The notes under the pieces were generated by a model. That model had not been told where the DNA came from. It did no database searches and saw nothing but the letters and a program-made list of their open reading frames with translations. Position numbers and translations under genes: made by a program. A DNA stretch of 50,487 bases from an uncultured Gemmatimonadota bacterium (lineage in GTDB: Bacteria; SM23-81; DAOVCL01), in the NCBI GenBank assembly GCA_964626665.1, contig CAZVGK010000027.1:1-50487 (forward strand), given 5' to 3'. Each line of letters starts with the position of its first letter. The stretch's first letter is position 1. Positions 9,572 through 18,834 of the stretch are shown here, piece after piece.

Positions 9572-10490
9572 GCCTCCCTCCGCTTAACAGGTAGAGAACG
9601 GCCATCCTCACGGCCACCCCATTGGTCACCTGATCTAAGATCACCGAATAGGGCCCATCGGCCACCTCAGGAGTTATCTCCACCCCCCGGTTAATAGGTC
9701 CAGGGTGCATAATAATGAATTCTTGCTTCAGTTTGGCCAACCTCTGGGCAGTTATCCCCCACTCGTTAGTATATTCCCTGAGGGAGGGGAGAAGCCCTGC
9801 CTGTTGGCGTTCTAATTGTAGCCTGAGCACATAGATCACATCTGCCCCCTGAAGGGCCTGGTCAAGGTCGTAATATACATCTACCCCCATCTCCTCCACC
9901 TTGAGGGGCATCAGGGTAGGGGGGCCACAAACGGCCACTGAGGCCCCCATTGTCTTTAACCCCCAGATGTTGGACCTGGCTACCCGGCTATAGGCGATGT
10001 CCCCCACGATAACCACCCGCAGCCCTTGCAACTCGCCAAACCTCTCCCTTAAGGTGAAGAGGTCGAGCAGGGCCTGGGTGGGATGTTCATGGGCCCCATC
10101 TCCGGCATTGATGACCGAACTCTGCAGCTCGCGGGCCAAAAAATGGGCGGCCCCGGGGGATGAATGTCTGATCACTACCATATCAACCTTCATCGCCTCA
10201 ATGTTTTTGGCTGTATCCTTGAGGGTCTCCCCTTTGAGCACACTGCTGGTCGCCGAGGAGAGGTTTACCACCTCCGCGGAGAGCCTCTTCTCGGCTAGCT
10301 CAAAGGAGATGCGGGTTCTGGTGCTTGGTTCAAAGAAAAGGTTCGCTATCGATATCCCCCGCAGGGTAGGAACCTTCCTGATGGGCCTTTCCAAGACCTC
10401 CTTGAAGGGCCCGGCGGCATCTAAGATGAGCTTTATCCTCTGGGCCAGCATTCCCTCCAGCCCCAAAAGGTGCTCCCTCTGCGCGCTCAA
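9561..10490 (-). CDS. pyrB: Aspartate carbamoyltransferase catalytic subunit
   Basis: FFEPSTRTR, HEHPTQALLD, RLQLER and MHPGPINRG. Confidence 0.97.
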   Translation of the reverse strand: MSAQREHLLGLEGMLAQRIKLILDAAGPFKEVLERPIRKVPTLRGISIANLFFEPSTRTRISFELAEKRLSAEVVNLSSATSSVLKGETLKDTAKNIEAMKVDMVVIRHSSPGAAHFLARELQSSVINAGDGAHEHPTQALLDLFTLRERFGELQGLRVVIVGDIAYSRVARSNIWGLKTMGASVAVCGPPTLMPLKVEEMGVDVYYDLDQALQGADVIYVLRLQLERQQAGLLPSLREYTNEWGITAQRLAKLKQEFIIMHPGPINRGVEITPEVADGPYSVILDQVTNGVAVRMAVLYLLSGGRHEG

Positions 10491-11026
10491 ACCTCTTCCC
10501 CCTCTACCAAGACCACCTCGTCTACCCCATCCTCCTCCTGCACCTTCACTACCACCTCCTGCTGCTTGGCTGTGGAGATCCTCTTGCCTATGTAGTCAGC
10601 CCGAATGGGGAGTTCCTTATGCCCTCGATCAATAAGCACGGCCAGTTGAATGGCCTTTGGACGGCCAAAATCTATTATCTCATCCAAAGCTGCTCTTACC
10701 GTCCGGCCACTGAAGAGAACATCATCCGTCAGAATGACGACCTTTCCCCGGACATCAAAGGGGATCTCCGTCCTCCCCACCACGGGCTGCTCGGCTTTGG
10801 TCTGAAAATCGTCCCGATAGAGGTTGATGTCCAAGCTACCCACAGGGATAGCAACTTTTTTGTTCTCCTCTATTATCTTGGCCAATCTCTGAGCCAAATA
10901 GACCCCCCTGGTCCTAATCCCAATGATTACCAGGTCCTTGGCTCCCCTGTTTACTTCGATGATCTTATGGGCCATCCGTATCAGGGTGCGTTTCATATCC
11001 TTCTCATTGAGGATTTTCCTACCCAT
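10487..11026 (-). CDS. pyrR: Bifunctional pyr operon regulator / uracil phosphoribosyltransferase PyrR
   Basis: GIRTRG, LDINLYRDD, DDVLFSGRTVRAAL and DRGHKELPIRADYIG; start placed at MGRKIL because the longer ORF crosses a terminator. Confidence 0.95.
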   Translation of the reverse strand: MGRKILNEKDMKRTLIRMAHKIIEVNRGAKDLVIIGIRTRGVYLAQRLAKIIEENKKVAIPVGSLDINLYRDDFQTKAEQPVVGRTEIPFDVRGKVVILTDDVLFSGRTVRAALDEIIDFGRPKAIQLAVLIDRGHKELPIRADYIGKRISTAKQQEVVVKVQEEDGVDEVVLVEGEEV

Positions 11027-11039
11027 ATTGGCTTCCCTT

Positions 11040-11158
11040 AAAAAAAGACCTCCCCCTAAGGCTAATGGAGGAGGCCTGCTCATTGGAGATTTCCCACTCT
11101 AATCTGGTCATAAGCATTGGATTTATTCCATAATAAAGCCTAACTTTTCCCCTGTCAA
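11040..11158 (-). promoter_or_regulatory. pyrR promoter plus attenuator-like leader
   Basis: TTGACA-N17-TATTAT (11158-11130), then a stem-loop, then terminator GGCCTCCTCC-N10-GGGGGAGGTC-T7 (11076-11040) just before the RBS. Confidence 0.7.
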
Positions 11159-11239
11159 GTCTTTTCTTTGGTCCTATCCCAAAAATCCCCGTTGGTTCCA
11201 GATCTGCAAGGGGTTTAAGCCTTGCCCCCTGCCCACGGT

Positions 11240-12166
11240 TCACGAGTGCGGGGCGAGGGGGGATGATCTTTTTCCCTCGATCTTAACACCTCCAAACCAG
11301 CGGCTTATCCGTGGCCCGATAAAGGCACAGATAATGCCCACAGCCACCCCGGCCAATGAGTCCACGGCATAGTGGTAGCGGGTATAGACTACAGCTACAG
11401 CCAGGCTGAGCACAATGGGCAGCAGAATCCAGAATACGGTCTTCTCATATCTTTTAGCGGAGAAGAGAATGGCAAAGGCGGCGGCAACATGAGAACTGGG
11501 TAAACACCCCCCATGGATTGAGCCCACAGATTGGATTTTTCTCACCAGGCTCAAGAAGAATCCTCCCTGCAAGGGAGCAGAATGTAAGTCGACCATCGTC
11601 TCCCAGGGCCCTCTGGCCGGAAAGAAAAGAAAGCCGATAAAGGAGATGTAGTAGGCTAAGAGAACATTGAAGAGGAACTTATTGAATTCCTCTTTCTTCC
11701 CTCTAAAGTAGAGGGGGAATCCCCCAATGGGGATGAGCAGAAAATACATAAAGTAGGAGAACTCCATATATTCGGTAAGCCAAGGATGGGCGATCTGGCC
11801 GAACCAGACTGTGGGATGCACCCCAAATAGGAGGTGATCCCATCTCATTAGGGGGACTTCCACCCAGTAGGGAAAGAGGATAGTGGTTATTCTCCCCAAT
11901 TCTTCAAACATAGGGGTAAGCAATAACACCGGATACCAATTCCGCAGAAATATCAGTATGGGGGAGTTGAACCTTTTTGATCTCCGTACAAAGAGGTAGA
12001 TAAGCAAAGAGGAGAGGTAATGGATGCAGACATCCCATCCCCAATGCCTTAGGTTGGGGTGAAAGAGAAGGATAAGTGTCCCCATAAGGATGAGGTAGGA
12101 GATGGTGGCGATATCTATGGGGCGAAGTGAGGTTCTCCCCTTGGTGGTCTTATTTATCCCGATCAA
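11240..12166 (-). CDS. PAP2-family membrane phosphatase / phosphotransferase
   Basis: PARGP, LPSSHVA and RYHYAVD motifs, multiple TM segments; start moved downstream of promoter TTGACA-N17-TATCCT (12227-12199). Confidence 0.85.
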   Translation of the reverse strand: MIGINKTTKGRTSLRPIDIATISYLILMGTLILLFHPNLRHWGWDVCIHYLSSLLIYLFVRRSKRFNSPILIFLRNWYPVLLLTPMFEELGRITTILFPYWVEVPLMRWDHLLFGVHPTVWFGQIAHPWLTEYMEFSYFMYFLLIPIGGFPLYFRGKKEEFNKFLFNVLLAYYISFIGFLFFPARGPWETMVDLHSAPLQGGFFLSLVRKIQSVGSIHGGCLPSSHVAAAFAILFSAKRYEKTVFWILLPIVLSLAVAVVYTRYHYAVDSLAGVAVGIICAFIGPRISRWFGGVKIEGKRSSPLAPHS

Positions 12167-12441
12167 CAATTCCTTCCAAAGTGACAAAATCAGGCTATAG
12201 GATAATGAGGATAACACCTTTTGTCAAGGGTGGAGGGATAAAATGTGAGGGAATAATAAAAACCGCTGAGGCGGCCCAATAACCGCCTCAGCGATTCTAT
12301 TCAAAGAGCTGTCAGGAGTTACCTCCTGACAGCTCTCAAATGATAAAGGCGAGGGGAGAAAATCCTCTGGTGGCTGGAGATTGCTTCGTCCCGATTTTCA
12401 TCGGGACTCGCAATGACAGACAAAGAGATTGTCATTGCTCA

Positions 12442-12503
12442 CCCTGTTAGGTATCAATAACATCTTGGCAAGAGCCAAAGATTATGGGACTTATCTAACA
12501 GGG
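12442..12503. mobile_element. 62-bp inverted-repeat mini-element inserted in a GTCATTGCGAG repeat
   Basis: Ends CCCTGTTAGGTA / TATCTAACAGGG; removing it plus CTCA restores GTCATTG|CGAGGAGCG. Confidence 0.65.
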
Positions 12504-12837
12504 CGAGGAGCGTAGCGACAAAGCAATCTCATTCTACCCAGCTTTAGCTGGGGTAGGTAGGGCTTTAGCCCGTTTGGAGTGCTGTGGCCCCTGTCACAGC
12601 CTTAATCCAAAAGTGTGCTGTCAGGAGTCACCTCTTCCGCCAGGAATCTCGTCGGAACGGGGCTGACAGTTCTTGAAAAATAAATGGGTGGGGGGAAATC
12701 CCTTAAATCCTGTCATCCCGTCAGAAAAATTCCCACGGGGGCGGCTAAATTTTTGTTTGACAATCATCCTGAGATTCTCTATTTTAAATATGGTTTTAGT
12801 ATCTATCCAGTTTCACCCTATAAATTGGAGGGATAAT

Positions 12838-13104
12838 ATGGGACAGCAAAAAGTTAAGACAAACCTCATCTTTCCTGAAGACCTGCTTAAAACCATAGAC
12901 AGACTTGTTGGTGCTCGGAAACGAACCAAATTCATTGTTGAGGCCACCCAGGAGAAATTAGAACGACTCAGATTCTCTCAGGCCTTAGACAAGGCGGGCG
13001 GTGCTTGGAGAGATAATAACCATCCCGATCTCAAAACCCAGGGTGACATCAACCAATATCTGAGAGAAATCCAAGTGGCCACCAACCAGAGGTTAAAAAA
13101 ATAA
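12838..13104 (+). CDS. Ribbon-helix-helix antitoxin-like protein (no toxin downstream)
   Basis: KTNLIFPEDLLKTIDRLVGARKRTKFIVEA and GAWRDNNHPDL; GGAGG RBS; promoter TTGACA-N17-TATTTT at 12757-12785. Confidence 0.7.
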   Translation: MGQQKVKTNLIFPEDLLKTIDRLVGARKRTKFIVEATQEKLERLRFSQALDKAGGAWRDNNHPDLKTQGDINQYLREIQVATNQRLKK

Positions 13105-13109
13105 TTATT

Positions 13110-13245
13110 CACCACGGATAACCACGGACTATGCACAGAAAAACAGGGATCAGTAATCAGTTTACCAGGATCGGGAACCAGGAATAACCAGCATAAACTT
13201 CATTTTTAATTCTTAATTGCTTTTTCCCGTGAAATTCCGTGGTAA
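13110..13245. repeat. About 135-bp MITE-like dispersed repeat (ACCACGGA...TCCGTGGT ends)
   Basis: Homologous copies at about 24868-25015 and 25824-25925; shared motifs include CAGGGATCAGT, CCAGCAT and TTCTTAATTGCTTT. Confidence 0.75.
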
Positions 13246-13361
13246 ATTATCTATTCGTGTAGATTCGTTTATTCGTGTCATTCGTGTTCCAGAGATTCAG
13301 TGAAATCTGTGGCTGTGTTTGTTGCGGCTTTGCTGTGCCATGTAATCTGCGGATGGAATTG

Positions 13362-13394
13362 AGAAGGGGAGCAGGTTCTCTGCTCCCCTTCTTT
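13362..13394. terminator. Hairpin between convergent genes, probable terminator
   Basis: Perfect stem AGAAGGGGAGCAG / CTGCTCCCCTTCT. Confidence 0.6.
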
Positions 13395-13441
13395 CATCTG
13401 CCAGAAGGAAAGGTGACCCTCATCTTGCCTGATTGAGTTCC

Positions 13442-16400
13442 TTATTTCAGAAGGACCATCTTCTTAATCTCTGTATAGCTACCTGCCTGCAGTCTGTAGA
13501 AGTAGATGCCGCTGGAGACTTCCTTGCCCAAACCATCCCTTCCCTCCCAGCTTACTGAGTAGTAGCCAGGGGCCTGCTCCCTATTTACCAGGGTTCTCAC
13601 CAATTGCCCCCCTATGTTGTAGATCTTCAAACTGAACGCTGATTGCTGACCTGTGCTCGGAACGGCACCGCTGACCGCTGGAATGGCGTAGCGGATGAGG
13701 GTGGTGGGGTTAAACGGATTGGGGTAGTTCTGGGATAAGGCAAATGACTTGGGTATTCCGAGCCGATCGGTTACCTCGTCAACCCCAACACTTGTGTATG
13801 CCATCGCCACATTGGAGAAGCCTGACCAGTTGGGAACCTCATCCGCGGCCTTCATCACAAAGTAGTAAGTGGTGTTGGAAACTAAACCTGTGACCACGCA
13901 GGAGTCCTGCGAACCTGCCGAGGAAGGTGAGGGTTCGTTGAGAACGGTATCCGCGGAAGTCCACCAACTGGCTGTATCGGTCCCCACTGAGGAGGTAGAA
14001 TAGCGAATATCATAACTGGAGGCAGTTCCCGTGTTTCCATCGTCTCCTGGTGCTGTCCATTTCAGGGTAATAGAGGAAGATGAGGAGTCGGTGGCTGTGA
14101 GGTCGGTTATAGCTGCAGGGGGAGTGACATCAGCCACGACATTGAGTAAAATCGCAACATTACTCTGGCCATAATTTGCCAGGGAAAGATCCATTGCACC
14201 ATTTCCGTTCAGATCGGCTGTCTGGATGGAGTAGGGTCCACCGGCAACAGAATAAGTAGTAGCAGAAGCAAAGGTCCCATCGCCGTTGTTCAGCAACACC
14301 GCCGCCTTGCTTAGGCCATACAAACCTGCAGCCAGATCAACATCCCCATCGCCGTCCAGATCACCACTACAGACTGAGTAAGGGCCAGTACCGACGTAGT
14401 AATTAGTCTGCGCCAAAGGGGCTCCACTTCCATCATTAAGCAGAACAGAAACGCTGTCTGAGCTATAGTTCCCAATAGCTATGTCAGAATAACCATCTCC
14501 ATTAAAATCGGCCCCACATATAGCGAATGGCCAAGCTCCTGCAGGATAAAGAGTGGGAGAGCCAAACTGTCCTAACCCAGTGTTTAAAAGCACCGAAACA
14601 TAGTTATACCCATATCCGAGTGGAATTGCCAGGTCGATTGCCCCGTCATTGTTTATATCAATTGGGCAAACCCCATAGGGGAATCCGCCGGCATTATAGT
14701 TTGCGGGCGAAGCGAAAGTTCCATCTCCATTTCCCAACAACACTGAAATATTAGAGGAGTTCAGGTTTGCCGAGAGCAGGTCAATTATTCCATCTCCATT
14801 GACATCGCTGCAGGAGACAGCCCAAGGGCCATCCCCAACGGCATACCTGGTTGTGGAAAGGAAACCTCCAGTTCCATCGTTAAGCATGACAGCAACGCTA
14901 TCTAAGGCGTTATTGGTTACTGCTAAGTCATCGAATCCATCTCCGTTGAAGTCGCCATCGCATATAGAATGTAGCATATCACCGGCATTATAGTTAGTGG
15001 GAGAGGGGAAAGTTCCGTCCCCATTGTTTGAAAGCACTGAGACATTTTGACCGATATAGTTTGCGGTAGCTAAATCTACATCTCCATCTTTGTCCAGATC
15101 ACCATCGGTTATGCAATATGGATTAGTATTGGTACCGGTTGTATAGTTAGATGGGCTACCAAATGTTCCAGCGGTGGGAGTGGTCACCACTACAGTGAAA
15201 CTCCATACATAACCCCCCAAGGATGCCAGCCTTGAGGACTTAATCCCTGTGGATAGTATAACAGTTACCATCTCGCCGTCGTGGAAATCTGTAGTGGGAT
15301 CGAAGGTGACTGTCTTCGTGCCAGAATTATAGCTGATTGTCCCGGAATGGGGGCCTGAGTCAGAGCTATAGACCACCACTGTGGAGCTATTGAGAGTGCT
15401 GGCGTTCATATTCTCATCGAAGGTGGCAGAAATGTTTGTGCCTTTGGCCACATTCAGAGCATTCATAGCTGGCAAGATAGAAACCACCTTGGGGGGTTTA
15501 ACGGTACCTTCTCTGGTAAGTGAGGGATCACCGTAGAGGTTGAAATCGAACATATTCCAGTATTCATGGTAGGAAGTCCAGCCGTAGTTTTGATTGCAAA
15601 AGAGTTTAGAGTCATAGAGGGCGTCACCAACCTTCTCAGATCCATTGGGGCCATTGATCATATAATGATTAAACTCGTAGCACATTGATTCGCCACCGCC
15701 CAAAGGTAAAGTCCACCCCATCACGCCCCAGGATATTCGGGAGGCACTGACGATCCCGGCAGAAGAGCCAAGTGAGGATTTGGTTAACAGATCAACTCCC
15801 AAACGACCCCAGGAATTAGATTCTGGGTACCCTACCAGACAGGACATAGCGAAAACGATTGATGGATGATCATCGTCTATGTTAGAAGAAGTGCTAATGA
15901 AATCGTACCAGGACATCTCGTCAGGGGTCTGCGTTTCAGGAACATTATCTCCATCGTCCGAATTCCAGACCTTCCCGGATGCACTGTTTGACCAGCCGTG
16001 GCCCACCCAGTTTACCACCCCATATTGGCCGTTTCGCCAGTCGCTAGCAAAGGCTGTTGTAGTAAGTGAATCCCAGGAGGAATAAGAGGAGGGAGCTAAT
16101 CCCTTATGTTCGCTATAGTGCTTTTTTGTCCAGCCACTCATGAAGTTGGTCTCGATCAGGTCTAATAAATAGGCGCCATCTGTTACCCCCGCGCCGCTAT
16201 AGTCTTCGTTAGCATACCATAAGATTGCCCCGGCATGCAGAGCCTGGTCCTTCCAGGTTCCGGTATTCCGTTCAAAGGTGGCTAATTTATTAAGGGTAGT
16301 AGTTAACTGGGTGGTATTAGTGGTGGGTATCCGTCCCACATAGACCTCGGCGGCGAAATCGGGCACATCCTGCCCGTATTCCCCGTAGAATCCATCACCA

Positions 16401-17488
16401 TCCCAGTCCCAGGAGATATTGTCTGCCCAGGTCAGATCGGCATAATAGTAATCAGTCGGTACCTCACCCATCAGACTTTCCGGATAGGCAGGGAAAAACG
16501 AATGGTTGCTTGGATCCGGGTAGCAATAACGCATAGGAACAACGCTGTAGTCGCCCACCAGAAGCACATACTTGATTCCCCAGGTGGGGTAATAAGTTCT
16601 CAGGAAGTTACGGATCTTTGCGGCAAGATCGCTCCCCGGCCGGTTGGTGATCAGGGTGTCTGTAGTGAGCACGGTCTTCACCTTGTATCCCAGAGAATCT
16701 TGCTTCCAACTGATGAAGTTGGAGGAGGTTATCCCACTTTGTAGTGCACTGGTGGTGATGATCACATAGTCGTAGGATTGCCCCTTAGGACGGGTGCCTC
16801 TGGGCTGGTACCACCTCTTCCCCTCCAGAAAGTTAAAAAATAATCTTGACGCACGCTCATCAGCTATTGTATCCCACTTTAACCGCTCCATCCTCTTGGC
16901 TTCAGCACTGCCTGGGAGGGGCAGGCTGTACTCCACTGAGACCTGAGCGCCGTCATAATGGATTAACCTTCCCGATTGAGGGTGATAGCCAAAGGGACAG
17001 AAGGAGACCGAGGCATAGGAATACTTTCGCAGACTGCCAGATCCGGTAAGTTTTCCCCTCTCCTTTGGGTAGGCCTGATCTGAGGAATAGATTGCCTGGT
17101 TATTTCTCTTCCATTCCTCTTGCAGCTTTTTCATCAGATCTGAGTTATGGAGTGAAGGCATAATGGGGGGACAGGGGACAATCTTGTAGATTCCAGGAAG
17201 TTGGCTTGTACCCATCCCTTTGACCTCTACCGATAGAACCCTGGCGCCAGGCGGCAGGGCAATCAGGAAGCTCTTGGCTGGAAGCATCGGCTTGCCCGGT
17301 CCCATCAGGTAGCCGAATCCGTCCATCTCGATCCGCTGGCCCTTGTCCACATTGACAATTTGATATTCACCGGCTGTCAGGGTTACGGTCAGATTCTCAG
17401 CGGTTGCTATCGAAACTATAGAAAAGGCTATAGAGAAACTGAGGACCGCCAGGAGAACCTTCAACAAAACAGTATTTTTGGTGTACAT
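13442..17488 (-). CDS. Secreted C25 (gingipain-like) cysteine peptidase with Ig-like, FG-GAP/VCBS, FN3 and FlgD-Ig/T9SS-like C-terminal domains
   Basis: Signal peptide; propeptide PGKPMLP; YVLLVGD, TDYYYADL and VGRIP; catalytic GHG...SC; LYGDPSL; repeated DxNGDGxxDL; WTAPGDDG; QNYPNPFNP...SGIYFYRL. Confidence 0.85.
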   Translation of the reverse strand: MYTKNTVLLKVLLAVLSFSIAFSIVSIATAENLTVTLTAGEYQIVNVDKGQRIEMDGFGYLMGPGKPMLPAKSFLIALPPGARVLSVEVKGMGTSQLPGIYKIVPCPPIMPSLHNSDLMKKLQEEWKRNNQAIYSSDQAYPKERGKLTGSGSLRKYSYASVSFCPFGYHPQSGRLIHYDGAQVSVEYSLPLPGSAEAKRMERLKWDTIADERASRLFFNFLEGKRWYQPRGTRPKGQSYDYVIITTSALQSGITSSNFISWKQDSLGYKVKTVLTTDTLITNRPGSDLAAKIRNFLRTYYPTWGIKYVLLVGDYSVVPMRYCYPDPSNHSFFPAYPESLMGEVPTDYYYADLTWADNISWDWDGDGFYGEYGQDVPDFAAEVYVGRIPTTNTTQLTTTLNKLATFERNTGTWKDQALHAGAILWYANEDYSGAGVTDGAYLLDLIETNFMSGWTKKHYSEHKGLAPSSYSSWDSLTTTAFASDWRNGQYGVVNWVGHGWSNSASGKVWNSDDGDNVPETQTPDEMSWYDFISTSSNIDDDHPSIVFAMSCLVGYPESNSWGRLGVDLLTKSSLGSSAGIVSASRISWGVMGWTLPLGGGESMCYEFNHYMINGPNGSEKVGDALYDSKLFCNQNYGWTSYHEYWNMFDFNLYGDPSLTREGTVKPPKVVSILPAMNALNVAKGTNISATFDENMNASTLNSSTVVVYSSDSGPHSGTISYNSGTKTVTFDPTTDFHDGEMVTVILSTGIKSSRLASLGGYVWSFTVVVTTPTAGTFGSPSNYTTGTNTNPYCITDGDLDKDGDVDLATANYIGQNVSVLSNNGDGTFPSPTNYNAGDMLHSICDGDFNGDGFDDLAVTNNALDSVAVMLNDGTGGFLSTTRYAVGDGPWAVSCSDVNGDGIIDLLSANLNSSNISVLLGNGDGTFASPANYNAGGFPYGVCPIDINNDGAIDLAIPLGYGYNYVSVLLNTGLGQFGSPTLYPAGAWPFAICGADFNGDGYSDIAIGNYSSDSVSVLLNDGSGAPLAQTNYYVGTGPYSVCSGDLDGDGDVDLAAGLYGLSKAAVLLNNGDGTFASATTYSVAGGPYSIQTADLNGNGAMDLSLANYGQSNVAILLNVVADVTPPAAITDLTATDSSSSSITLKWTAPGDDGNTGTASSYDIRYSTSSVGTDTASWWTSADTVLNEPSPSSAGSQDSCVVTGLVSNTTYYFVMKAADEVPNWSGFSNVAMAYTSVGVDEVTDRLGIPKSFALSQNYPNPFNPTTLIRYAIPAVSGAVPSTGQQSAFSLKIYNIGGQLVRTLVNREQAPGYYSVSWEGRDGLGKEVSSGIYFYRLQAGSYTEIKKMVLLK

Positions 17489-17590
17489 TTCCCCCCTCCT
17501 CAATTTTAAGAATTTTGACACAGCTTATCATCGTACTTCCAAATTTTTCTTCTCCTTTACCACCCCCTCGCACTTTATTTTTGCAAAAAT

Positions 17591-17741
17591 AAAAAAGGCC
17601 CATCTCTCATCCCACGGGCAAAGAAGGGCCTTCACATAAAACACAAATTTGGCATAACATCACCCCCTTAAGGGTTGGGTGTTAATCAAATCATCTCCAT
17701 TGCAACACATATAAAATAACAATTTTGAAAGGGTTTGTCAA
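17591..17741 (-). promoter_or_regulatory. Protease promoter and structured leader with an intrinsic terminator
   Basis: TTGACA-N17-TATTTT (17741-17713); hairpin at about 17685-17655; GGCCC...GGGCC stem plus T6 (17632-17591) about 100 nt before the ATG. Confidence 0.6.
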
Positions 17742-17756
17742 CAATTTTTGCGGGGC

Positions 17757-18203
17757 TCAGGAACCTGCCTTCTTTTCCAATATCCCCTCTGTCAAGGAGA
17801 GGGCAACTCCGGAGAGCATCACCTCCACCCCCAACTTGGTAAAATCACCCGATATGAGATCGCTCTTCACATTGGCATAGAGGGAGCAGGCTGCTCCCCT
17901 CTCCACCACCAATCCGGATAGTTTCCCCCCTGATTCGGCGACAAAGGTCACCTCCCCTAATTCTTCGCTGACCACATAGCCCGAGCAGAAATGAAGTTGC
18001 AGGTGGGAGGTGGGGGTATAGACAACTATGAGGGCCCCCTTCTCTTGGCCGAGTTTCGCCTGGGGATAGATCTCCAAGATCAGGGTTCTCCCCTCTTCTT
18101 GATTGACCAATTTTAGCCTGTAGTGATCTACCTCCCAGGGGTATTCGCCCACCCTGAGGACTTCAGCGATCCTTTGGATGTCCTTTTCTTTAAAGCTGAA
18201 CAT
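17757..18203 (-). CDS. Hypothetical protein
   Basis: 148-aa ORF with host-like codon style; no motif recognised. Confidence 0.65.
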   Translation of the reverse strand: MFSFKEKDIQRIAEVLRVGEYPWEVDHYRLKLVNQEEGRTLILEIYPQAKLGQEKGALIVVYTPTSHLQLHFCSGYVVSEELGEVTFVAESGGKLSGLVVERGAACSLYANVKSDLISGDFTKLGVEVMLSGVALSLTEGILEKKAGS

Positions 18204-18531
18204 CTATAATTCAATTCACCTTTCCCAGATGGTAGAACCCCAATCCATCGGATTCCACTTGGGTTTAGGTTCAAAGTGAGGTGGCAGAATCCCGATTCTG
18301 CCACCCTCCTTATTTTGCTGGTAGGTGAGGGCACCTGACGGCTCGTGGGGAGCCCCTCATTCAGTAGTTTGAGATTGCTTCATCCCGATTCCATCGGGAC
18401 TCGCAATGACATTCTATTTTGCGCTCCTGATGGTGCGGCTGCCTTTCTTCTTGGACTCCGCTAAGGCGGAGTGCCTACAGCTATAAGTCTCCCACTGCAA
18501 GGGGATATAGAGGATTTTCGTTCTGAGCCCC

Positions 18532-18744
18532 TTACCCTTTCAGCTCCTTCTTCTCCTGCCCCTTGTCTTCCTCTCCCTCCTCTATTTTCACCTCGTCCTC
18601 AATGTCTTTAGCCGCCTTCTTGAATTCCCTAATCCCCTTTCCCAGGCCCCTAGCTACCTCGGGGATTCGCTTGGCCCCAAAGAGGAGCAAGACCACGAGC
18701 AGTATTAAGATTATCTCCTGCGGTCCCAGGCCGAACATTTTCAT
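18532..18744 (-). CDS. tatA: Twin-arginine translocase TatA/TatE subunit
   Basis: [36 protein letters not shown]. Confidence 0.95.
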   Translation of the reverse strand: MKMFGLGPQEIILILLVVLLLFGAKRIPEVARGLGKGIREFKKAAKDIEDEVKIEEGEEDKGQEKKELKG

Positions 18745-18834
18745 CGCCTCCCTTGGTTAATGACTTCGCTGGCCGGTTCTCCATAGGGTTTCACCGGCCT
18801 TTCCGACCTATCGGGGTTCCGATAGGTAAATTTG

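Noticed and set aside
8574-10635. Long antisense ORFs opposite pyrC/pyrB, and similar ones opposite purB, degP, secD, pdxJ and nifS
   Set aside because: Shadow frames of well-supported genes.
11027-11083. N-terminal extensions from the ORF track (pyrR, and likewise purB, degP, rrf2, nifS, the 12673 ORF, PAP2)
   Set aside because: They run through promoters, terminators or upstream genes; downstream starts fit better with RBS position and family N-termini.
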